Assembly (NCBI GenBank): GCA_963845565.1 | Contig: CAWJSJ010000005.1 | Span: forward strand, 952,818 to 1,016,817 | Reading direction: 5' to 3' | Source: an uncultured Methylomirabilota bacterium | GTDB lineage: Bacteria; Methylomirabilota; Methylomirabilia; Methylomirabilales; 2-02-FULL-66-22 | Length of the DNA stretch: 64,000 bases | Shown: positions 1 to 9,929 of the stretch, piece after piece | Layout: the number at the start of each line of letters is the position of its first letter | Numbering within the stretch: position 1 is the stretch's first letter | Notes under the pieces: model-generated | Told to the model about the DNA's origin: nothing | Database searches by the model: none | Seen by the model: the letters and a program-made list of their open reading frames with translations, nothing else | Position numbers and translations under genes: made by a program

Positions 1-568
1 GCTCCTCGAACGCTGCGCCGCGACCGAGTTCCGTCCGGGCGGCCTCGGCCGCCTGCTGCGCTTCTTTGCGGTTGCAGCCCAGGTTGACCAGGGCCGACAC
101 CACGTCGTCCATCGCCCGATCCAGCGTGGCCGGGGCCGCCGCCACGGCCTTGGGGGAGAGCGAGGCGCCCGCCGCTTTGTCGCGCAACTCCACTACCAAC
201 CGCTCGGCCAGTTTCTTGCCCACGCCGGGTACGGCCCGAAGCCGAGTGACATCTCCCTGGGAGAGGGCGGCCACCAGGTCCTCCACCGAGATGCCGGAGA
301 GGATGTTGGTTGCCAGGCGCGGTCCGATTCCGCTGACCCCCTGGAGCAACTCGAAGAGCGTCTGCTCATCCCGCGTGTGGAAGCCGAAGAGCTGGATGGC
401 GTCCTCGCGCACGTGGGTGAAGGTATGGAGCATGACCTCGCCCGGGATCTCGGGGAGCCGATAGAAGGTCGAGAGTGGAATGAGCACCAGATAGCCGACC
501 CCCCCGACGTCCACCACGACGCGGTGCGGTTCTTTGCTGGCCAGGTGGCCGCGGAGCTGGGCGATCAT
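1..568 (-). CDS. ruvA: Holliday junction branch migration protein RuvA (3' end runs off window)
   Basis: Manual translation from ATG at 568: MIAQLRGHLASKEPHRVVVDVGGVGY...THVREDAIQLFGF...GVSGIGPRLA...VPGVGKKLAERLVVELRDK; directly downstream of ruvC; absent from ORF track because it is open at the edge. Confidence 0.95.
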   Translation of the reverse strand, partial: MIAQLRGHLASKEPHRVVVDVGGVGYLVLIPLSTFYRLPEIPGEVMLHTFTHVREDAIQLFGFHTRDEQTLFELLQGVSGIGPRLATNILSGISVEDLVAALSQGDVTRLRAVPGVGKKLAERLVVELRDKAAGASLSPKAVAAAPATLDRAMDDVVSALVNLGCNRKEAQQAAEAARTELGRGAAFEE

Positions 569-569
569 C

Positions 570-1064
570 TCACGACGTCCTCAACCGAGCGTGCATGCGC
601 GCAGCGTGCTGGTGGCAGATGGCGATTGCCAGAGCATCTGCGGCGTCGGCCGGCTGCGGGGGCTCGGGCAGCCGGAGGAACATCTGGACCATGCGCTGGA
701 CCTGATCCTTCTGGGCCTGCCCGAAACTCGTCACGGCTTTCTTGACCTCCAGGGCCGAGTACTCGTGGATCTCGACCCCCGCTTCGGCCAGAGCCAGCAG
801 CGCAACACCCCGCGCCTGCCCCAGCCGCAGCGCGCTCTGAACGTTCCGGGCGAAAAACACCGCCTCGACGGCGGCGCAGTCGGGGCGGAGGTCCGTCAAC
901 AGGATCCGGAGATCGCGGTAAATGCGGAGCAGGCGCTGGGCGAAAGGGAGACTTGCCGGAGACGTGATGGCCCCGAAGCGAACCGCGTGAAGGCCGCCTT
1001 CCCGCTCCTCGACAACGCCGTAACCGGTGGCCGCCGTTCCCGGGTCGATGCCTAAGACGCGCAT
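570..1064 (-). CDS. ruvC: Crossover junction endodeoxyribonuclease RuvC
   Basis: MRVLGIDPG...AVEAVFF...LGQARGV...DAADALAIAICH catalytic motifs; yebC-ruvC-ruvA synteny. Confidence 0.97.
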   Translation of the reverse strand: MRVLGIDPGTAATGYGVVEEREGGLHAVRFGAITSPASLPFAQRLLRIYRDLRILLTDLRPDCAAVEAVFFARNVQSALRLGQARGVALLALAEAGVEIHEYSALEVKKAVTSFGQAQKDQVQRMVQMFLRLPEPPQPADAADALAIAICHQHAARMHARLRTS

Positions 1065-1140
1065 GCGACCGCGCTGTTGACAGGTGTCGGTCGCCAGAGG
1101 ACGCCGCGGAGACCCGGCCGTCGGGGGGACCTGGTCTCAG

Positions 1141-1310
1141 CAGGATGCTGAAAAACCCAATTTCGCCCAGGCTGCTTAAAACGGCCCAGATGCAAGGCGG
1201 TTCGCAAAGGGCGGGGTACCCACCGAAGGTGGGTCAAGGCGTACTTCCGGTACGCCGCAGCGAGTGCCCGAGCAGACCAACGCCGCAGATGGGCCTTTTT
1301 CAGCGGCCTG
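1141..1310 (+). mobile_element. Palindromic MITE/REP-like element, family A copy 1
   Basis: CAGGATGCTGAAAAA...CAGGCTGCTTAAAA...CCAGATGCAAGGCG...GGCGTAC-N5-GTACGCC...GCAGATGGGCCTTTTTCAGCGGCCTG; 8 similar copies in window. Confidence 0.85.
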
Positions 1311-1329
1311 TTAGGCATGGCAGGGGCCC

Positions 1330-2079
1330 TCAGGCGGTCAGGGCCGCCATGATCTCGTCGGGGATGTCGAAGTTCGCGTACGCGTGCTGGACGTCGTCGT
1401 GCTCTTCCAGTTCTTCCATCAGTCTGAGCATCTGTTCGGCCGGCTTGCCCTCCAGCTTTACCGTGGTCTTGGGAAGCTTGGTGATCTCGGCGGAGAGGGG
1501 CTGGATGCCCGCCCTGACGATGGCTTCGCGCACCTTCTCGAAATCCCGCGGCACCGTGGTGATGGCGAAGGCCCCCTCTTCCTGCTGCATGTCCTCGGCG
1601 CCCGCGTCCAGGGCCACGGACATCAACTTGTCCTCGTCCACCTTGGCAGCGTCCACCACGATATGTCCCTTCTTCTCGAACAGGAAGGCGACGCAGCCGG
1701 CCTCGCCCATGTTCCCTCCGTGCCGGGAGAACACCTTGCGGATCTCGCCCACGGTCCGGTTCTTGTTGTCGGTCATCACCTCGGCGAGAATCGCCGCGCC
1801 ACCGGGGCCGTAGCCCTCGTAGATGATCTCTTCGTAGGTGACCCCTTCCAGTTCGCCCGTGCCCTTCTTGATGGCGCGATCGATGTTGTCGGCGGGCATG
1901 TTGACGCTCTTGGCCGTCAACACGGCGCTTCGCAGCCGCGGGTTGCCCGTCTGATCGCCGCCCCCCACGCGAGCGGCCACCGTGATCTCACGGATGAGCT
2001 TGGTGAAGGCGCGCCCGCGCTGGGCGTCCACCTTGGCCTTCTTGTGCTTGATGCTCGCCCACTTGCTGTGTCCGGACAT
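1330..2079 (-). CDS. yebC: YebC/PmpR family regulator
   Basis: [14 protein letters not shown]...YEGYGPGG...DNKNRT...[14 protein letters not shown]. Confidence 0.97.
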   Translation of the reverse strand: MSGHSKWASIKHKKAKVDAQRGRAFTKLIREITVAARVGGGDQTGNPRLRSAVLTAKSVNMPADNIDRAIKKGTGELEGVTYEEIIYEGYGPGGAAILAEVMTDNKNRTVGEIRKVFSRHGGNMGEAGCVAFLFEKKGHIVVDAAKVDEDKLMSVALDAGAEDMQQEEGAFAITTVPRDFEKVREAIVRAGIQPLSAEITKLPKTTVKLEGKPAEQMLRLMEELEEHDDVQHAYANFDIPDEIMAALTA

Positions 2080-2172
2080 AATGCACCCCCTGAGTTGAGA
2101 GAAAGCTACCATAGGCCCGCGAAGCTTGCCAAGCGAAAAGTCCCGGCATGTCTGGCCACTCGGGGAATCGCC

Positions 2173-2201
2173 TTGACAGCCCGGAGGGCCTGGGCTAGAG
2201 T
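2173..2201 (+). promoter_or_regulatory. sigma70-type promoter of glp operon
   Basis: TTGACA (2173-2178), 17 nt spacer, TAGAGT (2196-2201). Confidence 0.7.
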
Positions 2202-2238
2202 GCCCGCAATGTTACGGGGTTGCTGAGACAAGTCGAAA

Positions 2239-2319
2239 TCCTCGCCGGGGCGGAGAAAAGAGAAAGTCCTAACGAGGGGCGATTCGTGGGATCGCCTTTT
2301 GTTAGGACTTCGTGTTTCC
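2239..2319 (+). promoter_or_regulatory. Putative GlpP-responsive attenuator leader
   Basis: GAGA-rich motif followed by inverted repeat AAGTCCTAAC(2264-2273)...GTTAGGACTT(2301-2310) with inner GGCGAT/ATCGCC stem, between the promoter and glpP; same layout at 17373-17452. Confidence 0.65.
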
Positions 2320-2328
2320 GGGGGATGT

Positions 2329-2934
2329 ATGACGAACGCGCGCGAGCGGTTTTTCCAGGCCCTCAAAACCAAACCCGTCGTCGCCGGGCTGCGGCGCTCG
2401 GCGGACGTGGACGGGGCGATCCGGCACGGGATCGGGGTCCTCTTCATCCTGGGCGAGGACATCTTCGCGCTGCAGGAGAGCGTGGCCAAGGCCCACGGAG
2501 GGGACCGGCTGATCCTGGCGCACGTGGACCTGATCAAGGGCATCGGGCGAGACGAGGCCGGCGTCCGGTTCCTGGCGCGGGACCTTCACGTGGATGGGAT
2601 TTTGACCACCCGCGCGAACCTGATCGGTCCCGCCAAGCGGGAAGGCCTGATCGCCGTGCAACGGCTCTTCGTGCTGGACTCGGAATCGCTGGAAGCGGGC
2701 GTGCCCGCCGTGGAGCGGGCGGCCCCCGATGCGGTGGAGGTGCTGCCGGGGGTGATCCTTCCGCTGATCGCGCCGCGCCTCAAGGCGGCCAATCTTCCAC
2801 CCCTGATCGCCGGGGGACTGATCCGCACCCGTGCCCAGGTGGAGGAGATCCTCGCGGCGGGAGCGATCGGGGTGTCAACGGGCGAAGCGGCCCTGTGGGG
2901 CTTCCGTGCAAACAAGGAGCAGACGAATCGATGA
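2329..2934 (+). CDS. glpP: Glycerol-3-phosphate responsive antiterminator GlpP
   Basis: HVDLIKG...DGILTTR...QRLFVLDS...PDAVEVLPG...PLIAGGLI motifs; upstream of glpD. Confidence 0.92.
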   Translation: MTNARERFFQALKTKPVVAGLRRSADVDGAIRHGIGVLFILGEDIFALQESVAKAHGGDRLILAHVDLIKGIGRDEAGVRFLARDLHVDGILTTRANLIGPAKREGLIAVQRLFVLDSESLEAGVPAVERAAPDAVEVLPGVILPLIAPRLKAANLPPLIAGGLIRTRAQVEEILAAGAIGVSTGEAALWGFRANKEQTNR

Positions 2935-4623
2935 AAGGCGGACTGGCGGACATCAACGGACGGATCTTCGACCTGGTCGTGATCGGCGGCGGCATGGCCG
3001 GGGCCGGGATCGCTCGGGACGCCGCGCTGCGCGGCTATCGGACCCTGCTGTTGGAGCGGAAGGATTTCGCGTTCGGGACAACCAGCCGCTCCTCGAAGCT
3101 CATTCATGGCGGTCTTCGCTACCTGGAGCTGTTCGATGTCGGCCTGGTACGGGAGTCGCTCCGCGAGCGCGAACGCCTGGCGCGCCTGGCGCCGCACCTG
3201 GTGCGTCCGCTGCCGTTCTTGGTGCCGGTGTATCGCGGGGCCAAGCGCGGTATGCTCATGATTCGTATGGGCATGAAATTCTATGACCTGCTGACGCCGG
3301 GGAAGCGCACGGAACACTACCGGACCATCTCCCGGGACAAGACCCTGAGCCTTGAGCGCTTTCTGGAGCCGCGGGACCTCCAGGGCGCGGGTTACTACTT
3401 TGACGACCTCCTCCTCCTGCCCGAGCGGTTGTGCCTCGAAAACGTCCTTTCGGCCCAACGATGGGGCGCCTCGATCCACAATTACGCGGAGGTGCGTGGG
3501 CATTGCGAGCCGCGAGCCGCGAGCCGCGAGCCACGAGTGGGAGATCGAGGTGCGTGGAGCCGTGGACGGAAGCATCGCGCGGGTCACGGCGCGCGTGGTG
3601 GTGAACGCCGCGGGGCCCTGGGCCGACCAGGTGCGCCGGCTGGCGGGCGTGGACGGGGGAAAGCGGTGCGTGCGGACGACGAAGGGGATCCACCTGCTCC
3701 TGCCGCGCATCACGGACCACGCGGTGTACATCGCGGCGAAACGGGACGATCGGATGTTCTTCGTCATCCCCTGGCAGCAGTTCACGCTGGTCGGCACCAC
3801 GGACACTGACTTCAGCGGCGACCTGGACCGCCTGGCGGCGACTCGCGAGGAAGTGCACTACCTCATGGATGAGACGCGACGGGTATTTCCGGCGGCTCGC
3901 ATGCGGGATGAGGACGTCTATTACACGTACGCCGGGGTCCGTCCGCTGAGCTTCGAGGAGGGAAAATCCGCCTCCGCCGTCTCGCGGGCCCACAAAGTGA
4001 TCGCCGAGGGCCCGGCCGGGAATTTTCTGTCCATCACCGGGACGAAGTTGACGTGCTTCCGCAGCCTGGCGGAGGAAGCGGTGGATCAGGTGGGGCGTCT
4101 GCTGAACCGCGTCGAGCCTTGCCGCACGCACCGGCTGGCCCTCGACGGGTCGGATGGGGACGAGACGATCGCGGTGCGCCTCTGGGCGGACATCCCGGAC
4201 CTCGGCCATCGGAGCGGCCTCGAGCCCGCCCAGGTGCAGAACCTCTTGGACACCTACGGACGGCGTTACCCGACCGTCCTGACGGTGGCCGGCCGCTCTC
4301 CCGAGATGAAAGAGCGCCTCTGCCCGCAGAACCCCGACATTCGCGCCCAGCTGGCGTATGCCGTGGAGCACGAGTGCACCGAAACGCTCGCCGACTTCCT
4401 GCTGCGGCGGACGGGGATCGGAACCAGCCCGTGCCTGGGGAAGGACTGCTGCGAGCCGATCGCCCGGTGGATGGCAGACCTCAAGGGCTGGGATCGCCAG
4501 CGGGTCGACCGGGAGATTCACCAGTACCTGGAAGAGATCGCCCTGGGGCAGCAGTTCCGGGAGTCCGGGCCGGAAGGCGCCCCGCCCTCGGGCGGTCATA
4601 TTTCTGTAACGGACGCCCGGTAA
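2931..4623 (+). CDS. glpD: FAD-dependent glycerol-3-phosphate dehydrogenase (apparent +1 frameshift near 3495-3532)
   Basis: DLVVIGGGMAGAGIARDAALRG, GTTSRSSKLIHGGLRYLE in first frame; VVNAAGPWAD, VGTTD, YAGVRPL, GTKLT, RRT in second frame. Confidence 0.9.
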
Positions 4624-4714
4624 GCTCCTCCGGCGAGGTGACTTTGGGCGCCGGGCGGGCACCCGAGTCGGCAAGCCTGTTTTCCGCGGCCGCGGCCGGC
4701 GGGCGTGTGGTATA

Positions 4715-5614
4715 GTGCCACGCATGGGATCGACCGGCCGTCGCCTGCAGATCGGCGCGGGATGCGCGGCTGCGCTCTGGGTACTGACGCTGAGCCCGCT
4801 CGCGAGGAGTGCCATGACAGCCGAGACGACCCAGGGATTCCCGCCGCACCTGTCGCTCCAGGCCCACCGGGGCGCTGCGGGCCTGGCGCCCGAGAATACG
4901 CTGGCGGCCTTCCGGATGGCCCTCGACCTGGGTGCCGACGGCACCGAGATGGACCTGCAGGTCACCAAAGACGGCATCGTGGTCGTGATCCACGACGATA
5001 CCGTGGACCGGACGACCGACGGTCGCGGCCGGATCGGGGATCTGACGCTGACCGAGATCAAGCGTCTGGACGCCGGCGCGAAGTTCGGGCCGGCGTTCCG
5101 CGGCGAGCGTATTCCGACGCTCCGGGAACTCATCGACCTGGTCAAGACCAGCGGGAAGGACCGGTTCCGCCTGAACCTGGAGATCAAGTTCGCCGAAGGG
5201 CGAGAGGGGCAACCCGCGGATCTCGAGGAGCGGGTGCTGGCGGACCTCACCGAAACGAACTTCCTGGGTCGGGTGATCACCCAGTCGTTCTACCACCCCT
5301 CCGCAGCCAAGATGAAGCGTCTGGCGCCCGGGGTGCCCGCCGGCCTCCTGGTCGGGCAGAAGCGGCAGCCGGGCGACCCGGTGGCGGCGGTCCGCGACCA
5401 CCGCGTGGACTACTATGCACCGCACTACTCGCTGGTGACGCCCGAACTCCTGCGGACCCTCCATCAGGCGGGCATCCCGGTAGTCACCTGGACGGTGAAC
5501 GACCCGGCGGACATGCGCCGCCTGATGAGCATGGGGCTGGGCTCCCTGCCGGGGGACGGGATGATCTCGGATTACCCGGATCGGTTGGTGAACCTGCGGA
5601 AGACTCGTCAGTAG
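4715..5614 (+). CDS. glpQ: Glycerophosphodiester phosphodiesterase (exported)
   Basis: AHRG...PENTLAAF...EMDLQVTKDG...HD...DRTT motifs; N-terminal signal-like segment. Confidence 0.9.
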   Translation: MPRMGSTGRRLQIGAGCAAALWVLTLSPLARSAMTAETTQGFPPHLSLQAHRGAAGLAPENTLAAFRMALDLGADGTEMDLQVTKDGIVVVIHDDTVDRTTDGRGRIGDLTLTEIKRLDAGAKFGPAFRGERIPTLRELIDLVKTSGKDRFRLNLEIKFAEGREGQPADLEERVLADLTETNFLGRVITQSFYHPSAAKMKRLAPGVPAGLLVGQKRQPGDPVAAVRDHRVDYYAPHYSLVTPELLRTLHQAGIPVVTWTVNDPADMRRLMSMGLGSLPGDGMISDYPDRLVNLRKTRQ

Positions 5615-5663
5615 TCGTGCGGACGTCTCCGACAACACGCGTCAGTCAGGGAGGAGCCAAGCC

Positions 5664-7016
5664 ATGAAAAGGATGTCTCGTTTCCGAGTAGTGGCCGTAC
5701 TGGTGATCGGGCTCGGCATTGCCGCGGCGCTGGTCCCAGCGTTCGCGCAGGCCCAGCAGAAGGTTCAGGTGGACTTCTGGCACGGTCTCACCCAGCCCCT
5801 GGGCGGCATCCTGGAAGATGTCGCCGCCGGTTTCAACGCCTCACAGGGCAAGTATCAGGTCAACGCCACCTTCAAGGGGAGCTACCCCGAGACCATGGTG
5901 GCGGCCATCGCCGCCTTCCGGGCCGGCAACGCCCCGCACATCGTGCAAATGTTCGAGGTGGGTACCGCCACCATGATGGCGGCGCGCACGGCCATCAAGC
6001 CGGTGTACGAGCTGTCGAAGGAGACCGGCGTCAATATCGATCCGAAGAACTACGTCGGCGGGGTGCGCGGCTACTACAGCACGACCGACGGCCGGCTGGT
6101 CTCGATGCCGTTCAACAGCTCGACCCCTATCACCTGGTATAACAAGGACGTCTTCAAGAAGGCGGGCCTCGACCCCGAGAAGCCGCCCCGGACCTGGGAG
6201 GAGACCTGGGCCGCCGCCAGGAAGATCGTGACATCCAAGGCGGCCACCTGCGGGTACACCATGGCGTGGCCCACCTGGACGCAGTACGAGAACTTCAGCG
6301 CCATCCATAACGTGCCGCTTGCCACCAAGGCCAACGGTATGGAGGGGATGGATGCCGAGATGAAGATCGACAGCCCGCTGCACGTCAAGCACTTGCAGAA
6401 CATGATGGACGCGCAAAAGGAAGGCGTCTTTAAGTACGGCGGGCGAGATGGACGGGCCGATGCCCTCTTCCCGTCCGGTGAGTGCGCCATCTTCCACGGC
6501 TCCTCCGGCATGCGCGCCCGTGTTATTCGCGAGGCGAAGTTCCAGTGGGGCGTGGCCATGCTGCCGTATTACAAAGGTGTGCCGGGTGCCCCGAAGAACG
6601 GCATCATCGGGGGCGCCAGCCTCTGGGTGATGACCTCCCCGAAGCGCACGACCGAGGAGTACAAGGCCGTGGCGGAGTTCTTCCAGTACATCTCCCGCCC
6701 GGAAGTGGACGCCAAGTGGCACATGGATACCGGTTACGTGCCCATCACGTTGGCGGGAATCAGCCTCGCCTCCGGGCAGGGCTACTACATCAAGAACCCC
6801 GGCGCGGACGTCCCCTTCCGCCAGCTCACGCTGACCGAGCCCACCAAGAATTCCATGGGGCTGCGGCTGGGTAACATGCCGGAGATCCGGGTGATCATCC
6901 AGGAGGAGATGGAGAAGTCGTTCCAGGGCCAGCAGACCGCCAAGGCCGCCCTGGACAGCGCCGTCAAGCGCAGCAACGTGGTCCTGCGGAACTTCGAGCG
7001 GACGAACAAGCAGTAG
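5664..7016 (+). CDS. ugpB: sn-glycerol-3-phosphate ABC transporter substrate-binding protein
   Basis: FWHG...FKGSYPET...AAFRAGNAPHIVQMFEVGTATMMAA...SMPFNSST...IIGGASLWV; signal peptide. Confidence 0.93.
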   Translation: MKRMSRFRVVAVLVIGLGIAAALVPAFAQAQQKVQVDFWHGLTQPLGGILEDVAAGFNASQGKYQVNATFKGSYPETMVAAIAAFRAGNAPHIVQMFEVGTATMMAARTAIKPVYELSKETGVNIDPKNYVGGVRGYYSTTDGRLVSMPFNSSTPITWYNKDVFKKAGLDPEKPPRTWEETWAAARKIVTSKAATCGYTMAWPTWTQYENFSAIHNVPLATKANGMEGMDAEMKIDSPLHVKHLQNMMDAQKEGVFKYGGRDGRADALFPSGECAIFHGSSGMRARVIREAKFQWGVAMLPYYKGVPGAPKNGIIGGASLWVMTSPKRTTEEYKAVAEFFQYISRPEVDAKWHMDTGYVPITLAGISLASGQGYYIKNPGADVPFRQLTLTEPTKNSMGLRLGNMPEIRVIIQEEMEKSFQGQQTAKAALDSAVKRSNVVLRNFERTNKQ

Positions 7017-7050
7017 CAACGCCCGAAAGGCCTCCCGCCAAGAGGAGAAC

Positions 7051-7144
7051 GAAACCACAGATTACGCAGATTGCACAGATTCTTCCGTGGCCTGTATCCC
7101 ACAGACTCAGTCTTATTCGTGAAATCTGTGCAATCTGTGGTTTC
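7051..7144. repeat. Inverted pair of 9-mer tandem repeats (CACAGATT-type palindrome)
   Basis: GAAACCACAGATTACGCAGATTGCACAGATT ... GAAATCTGTGCAATCTGTGGTTTC between ugpB and ugpA. Confidence 0.8.
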
Positions 7145-7203
7145 TGCCTTGCTCTGAGCCTTGGCGGTGGCTTTCTGAAACTCCGGATGCCCGGGAGCCG
7201 CCG

Positions 7204-8082
7204 ATGCGCCGGCGCGTCATCTTTCCGAACAAGGTCCTTCCGTACGTGCTCCTCGCCCCCCAGTTGGTCATCACCATCATCTTCTTCTATTGGCCCGCCA
7301 TGCAGGCGATTTATTATTCGGTCCTGCTGCAGGATCCGTTCGGGCTGCGCACCCAGTTCGTCTGGCTGGAGAACTTCCAGACCATATTGAGCGACGCGCT
7401 GTATCTCGGGTCCGTACAGGTGACCGTGGTGTTTTCCTCCGCCGTGGCCGCCCTCTCGATGGGGGTGGCGCTTCTGTTCGCGGTGATGGCGGACCGGAAG
7501 ATCCACGGGAAACACGTGTACCGGACGTTGCTCATGTGGCCCTACGCGGTCGCGCCCGCGGTGGCCGCCAGCCTCTGGCTGTTCATCTTCCACCCCGAGA
7601 TCGGATTCCTGGGCCGCTGGCTGAACGAGATCGGGATGCGCTGGGACTACAAGCTGAACGGGAACCAGGCGCTGCTTCTGGTCATCCTGGCTGCGTCATG
7701 GAAGCAGGTGAGCTACAACTTCCTGTTCTTTCTGGCCGGCCTGCAGGCCATCCCGAAATCGGTGGTCGAGGCGGCCTCCATGGACGCGGGGCCGGGACGG
7801 ACGTTCTGGAACATCATCTTTCCCCTGCTCTCGCCGACCACCTTCTTTCTCCTCGTCGTGAACGTGGTCTACGCCTTCTTCGATACCTTCGGCGTCATCC
7901 ATGCCATCACCGGAGGCGGACCGGCCAAGGCGACGGAGACGCTGATCTACAAGGTGTACGTGGACGGCGTGATGAATCTGGATCTTGGGGGGTCCTCGGC
8001 GCAGTCGGTGATCCTCATGGTGGTGGTCATCGCCTTGACCGCCGTGCAGTTCCGCTTCATCGAGCGCAAGGTGCACTATTGA
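7204..8082 (+). CDS. ugpA: G3P ABC transporter permease
   Basis: PYVLLAPQL...FFYWPA...[19 protein letters not shown]...EAA loop...FFDTFG. Confidence 0.93.
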   Translation: MRRRVIFPNKVLPYVLLAPQLVITIIFFYWPAMQAIYYSVLLQDPFGLRTQFVWLENFQTILSDALYLGSVQVTVVFSSAVAALSMGVALLFAVMADRKIHGKHVYRTLLMWPYAVAPAVAASLWLFIFHPEIGFLGRWLNEIGMRWDYKLNGNQALLLVILAASWKQVSYNFLFFLAGLQAIPKSVVEAASMDAGPGRTFWNIIFPLLSPTTFFLLVVNVVYAFFDTFGVIHAITGGGPAKATETLIYKVYVDGVMNLDLGGSSAQSVILMVVVIALTAVQFRFIERKVHY

Positions 8083-8933
8083 TGGGCTCACGCAACGGCC
8101 CGGTGAACTGGCTTCCCCATTTCGTCCTGAGCGTCGGCGTGGTGGTGTTCGCCTTCCCGATCTATTTCGCGCTGATCGGCTCCACCCACGAGGCTGCCAC
8201 CATCGCGACCGGTCGGATGCCGCTCCTGCCGGGCGGTCACCTGCTCGACAACTACTGGCACGCCTTGACCAGCGGGACAGGGTTCCGCGTCTCCGGGACG
8301 CCGGTGGGCACCCTGCTGCTCAACAGCCTGGTGATGGCGCTGGTCATCGCCGTGGGGAAGATCGCCATCTCCATCATCTCGGCGTACGCCGTGGCCTTCT
8401 TCAGCTTTCCGGGCCGCATGTTCTTCTTCTGGATGATCTTTGTCACCCTGATGCTCCCCGTCGAGGTCCGGATCATCCCGACCTACAAGGTGGTGACCGA
8501 TCTTCACATCGTCAACACCTTCACCGGACTCACCGTGCCGCTGATTGCCTCGGCCACGGCGACACTGCTCTTCCGCCAGGTGTTCCTGACCATCCCCGAC
8601 GAGCTGGCGGAAGCGGCCAAGATCGATGGGGCCGGCGCCCTCCGGTTCTTCTGGCAGATCGTATTACCGCTCTCCCGGACGAACATCGCCGCGCTGTTCG
8701 TGATCCTCTTCATCTACGGCTGGAACCAGTACCTGTGGCCGCTCCTCGTCACCACCGACCGTAGCATGGAGACCATCGTCATCGGCATCGTCAAGATGAT
8801 CGGCACCAGCGAGGCGCAGACCGACTGGAACCTGATCATGGCGACCGCCGTCCTGGCGATGATCCCCCCGGTGGCCGTGGTCGTCTTTCTGCAGCACTGG
8901 TTCGTGAAGGGACTGGTCGAGACGGAGAAGTAG
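8082..8933 (+). CDS. ugpE: G3P ABC transporter permease
   Basis: ATG overlaps ugpA stop; GKIAISIISAYA...TLMLPVEVRIIPTY...PLIASATAT...WNQYLWPL...WFVKGLVETEK. Confidence 0.93.
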   Translation: MGSRNGPVNWLPHFVLSVGVVVFAFPIYFALIGSTHEAATIATGRMPLLPGGHLLDNYWHALTSGTGFRVSGTPVGTLLLNSLVMALVIAVGKIAISIISAYAVAFFSFPGRMFFFWMIFVTLMLPVEVRIIPTYKVVTDLHIVNTFTGLTVPLIASATATLLFRQVFLTIPDELAEAAKIDGAGALRFFWQIVLPLSRTNIAALFVILFIYGWNQYLWPLLVTTDRSMETIVIGIVKMIGTSEAQTDWNLIMATAVLAMIPPVAVVVFLQHWFVKGLVETEK

Positions 8934-8937
8934 GCGT

Positions 8938-9912
8938 TTGGGATATTGGGCGACTGGGCAACGAGGCAATTGGGTTAGGCACAGACAGGCCGGCAAGAGG
9001 ACGTTGTGTCTGGCCGCGCTGATCGTCCTTCTGGCCGGGGCTGGCTGCACCCCGACCTTTGCCTCGGACGAACGGACCCACCATGTGGTCGTCCTGGGGG
9101 ACCCGCACCTTCCGGGACGACACCTGCCGGCCAAGCAGGCGGTCCTCCGGACCATCAACGGGTGGGCCGATGTCGATCGCGTCGTGGTCCTGGGCGATAT
9201 CTGCGAGGACCGGGGGACGGCAGAGGAGTACGCGTTCGCCAGGCAATTCTTCGCCACGTTGACCGCGCCGACCCACTTTCTCGTCGGCAACCACGACTAT
9301 ATCTACGAAGACGGGCCGAATGCCCGCGGAGGTCGGACCAGGGGCAGCCCGGACAGCCGCGCGGCGAAGCTCCGGCGATTCCGGGAGGCCTTCGGCCTGG
9401 ACGAGGTGTATTCCAGTCGGCGGGTCGGGAATTATCTGCTCGTCTTCCTGTCCACCGATCACCTGCTGTCGCCGCACCTTGCGCAGATCTCCGGGCGCCA
9501 ACTGGACTGGTTGCGCGCGGAGCTCCGCCGGCACAGCACCACGCCAACAGTCATCTTCTTCCACGCTCCCCTCCGCGGCACGCTCCTCGACTTCAACGAC
9601 CGTGTCAACAAGGACGACTACGTCGCGCAGCCGCATGCGGAGCTGCGCGAGCTGCTCCTGCGGAACCGCCAGGTGTTCCTGTGGGTCGCCGGGCACCTGC
9701 ACGTGTCCGCCACCAACGAGAGCTACCGGTCGGCGATCAACCTGTTCGAGGGGCAGGTGACGACCGTCCACGTCACCGACATGCAGCGGGAGCGGATCTG
9801 GACCACGTCGCTGTTCCTCCATTCCGACCGGGTCGTCGTGAAGACCTTCGATCACCAGCAGGGCGCCTGGGTCGAGGAGGTGGAGCGGACGGTGAAACCG
9901 GGACGATACTAA
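8938..9912 (+). CDS. Calcineurin-like metallophosphoesterase, probable lipoprotein (start uncertain)
   Basis: GDPH, LGD, GNHD, FH, GHLH metal-binding motifs; LLAGAGC lipobox-like segment. Confidence 0.82.
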   Translation: MGYWATGQRGNWVRHRQAGKRTLCLAALIVLLAGAGCTPTFASDERTHHVVVLGDPHLPGRHLPAKQAVLRTINGWADVDRVVVLGDICEDRGTAEEYAFARQFFATLTAPTHFLVGNHDYIYEDGPNARGGRTRGSPDSRAAKLRRFREAFGLDEVYSSRRVGNYLLVFLSTDHLLSPHLAQISGRQLDWLRAELRRHSTTPTVIFFHAPLRGTLLDFNDRVNKDDYVAQPHAELRELLLRNRQVFLWVAGHLHVSATNESYRSAINLFEGQVTTVHVTDMQRERIWTTSLFLHSDRVVVKTFDHQQGAWVEEVERTVKPGRY

Positions 9913-9929
9913 CCAGGGGGCTGAACACG

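Noticed and set aside
1052..1318. ORFs and N-terminal extensions reading LLKKAHLRRW / LLKKVQMQGG (also at 16383, 18621, 22738, 23728, 31027, 31216)
   Set aside because: These are translations of family A repeat DNA, not a protein family; the real genes have their own RBS and starts outside the element.
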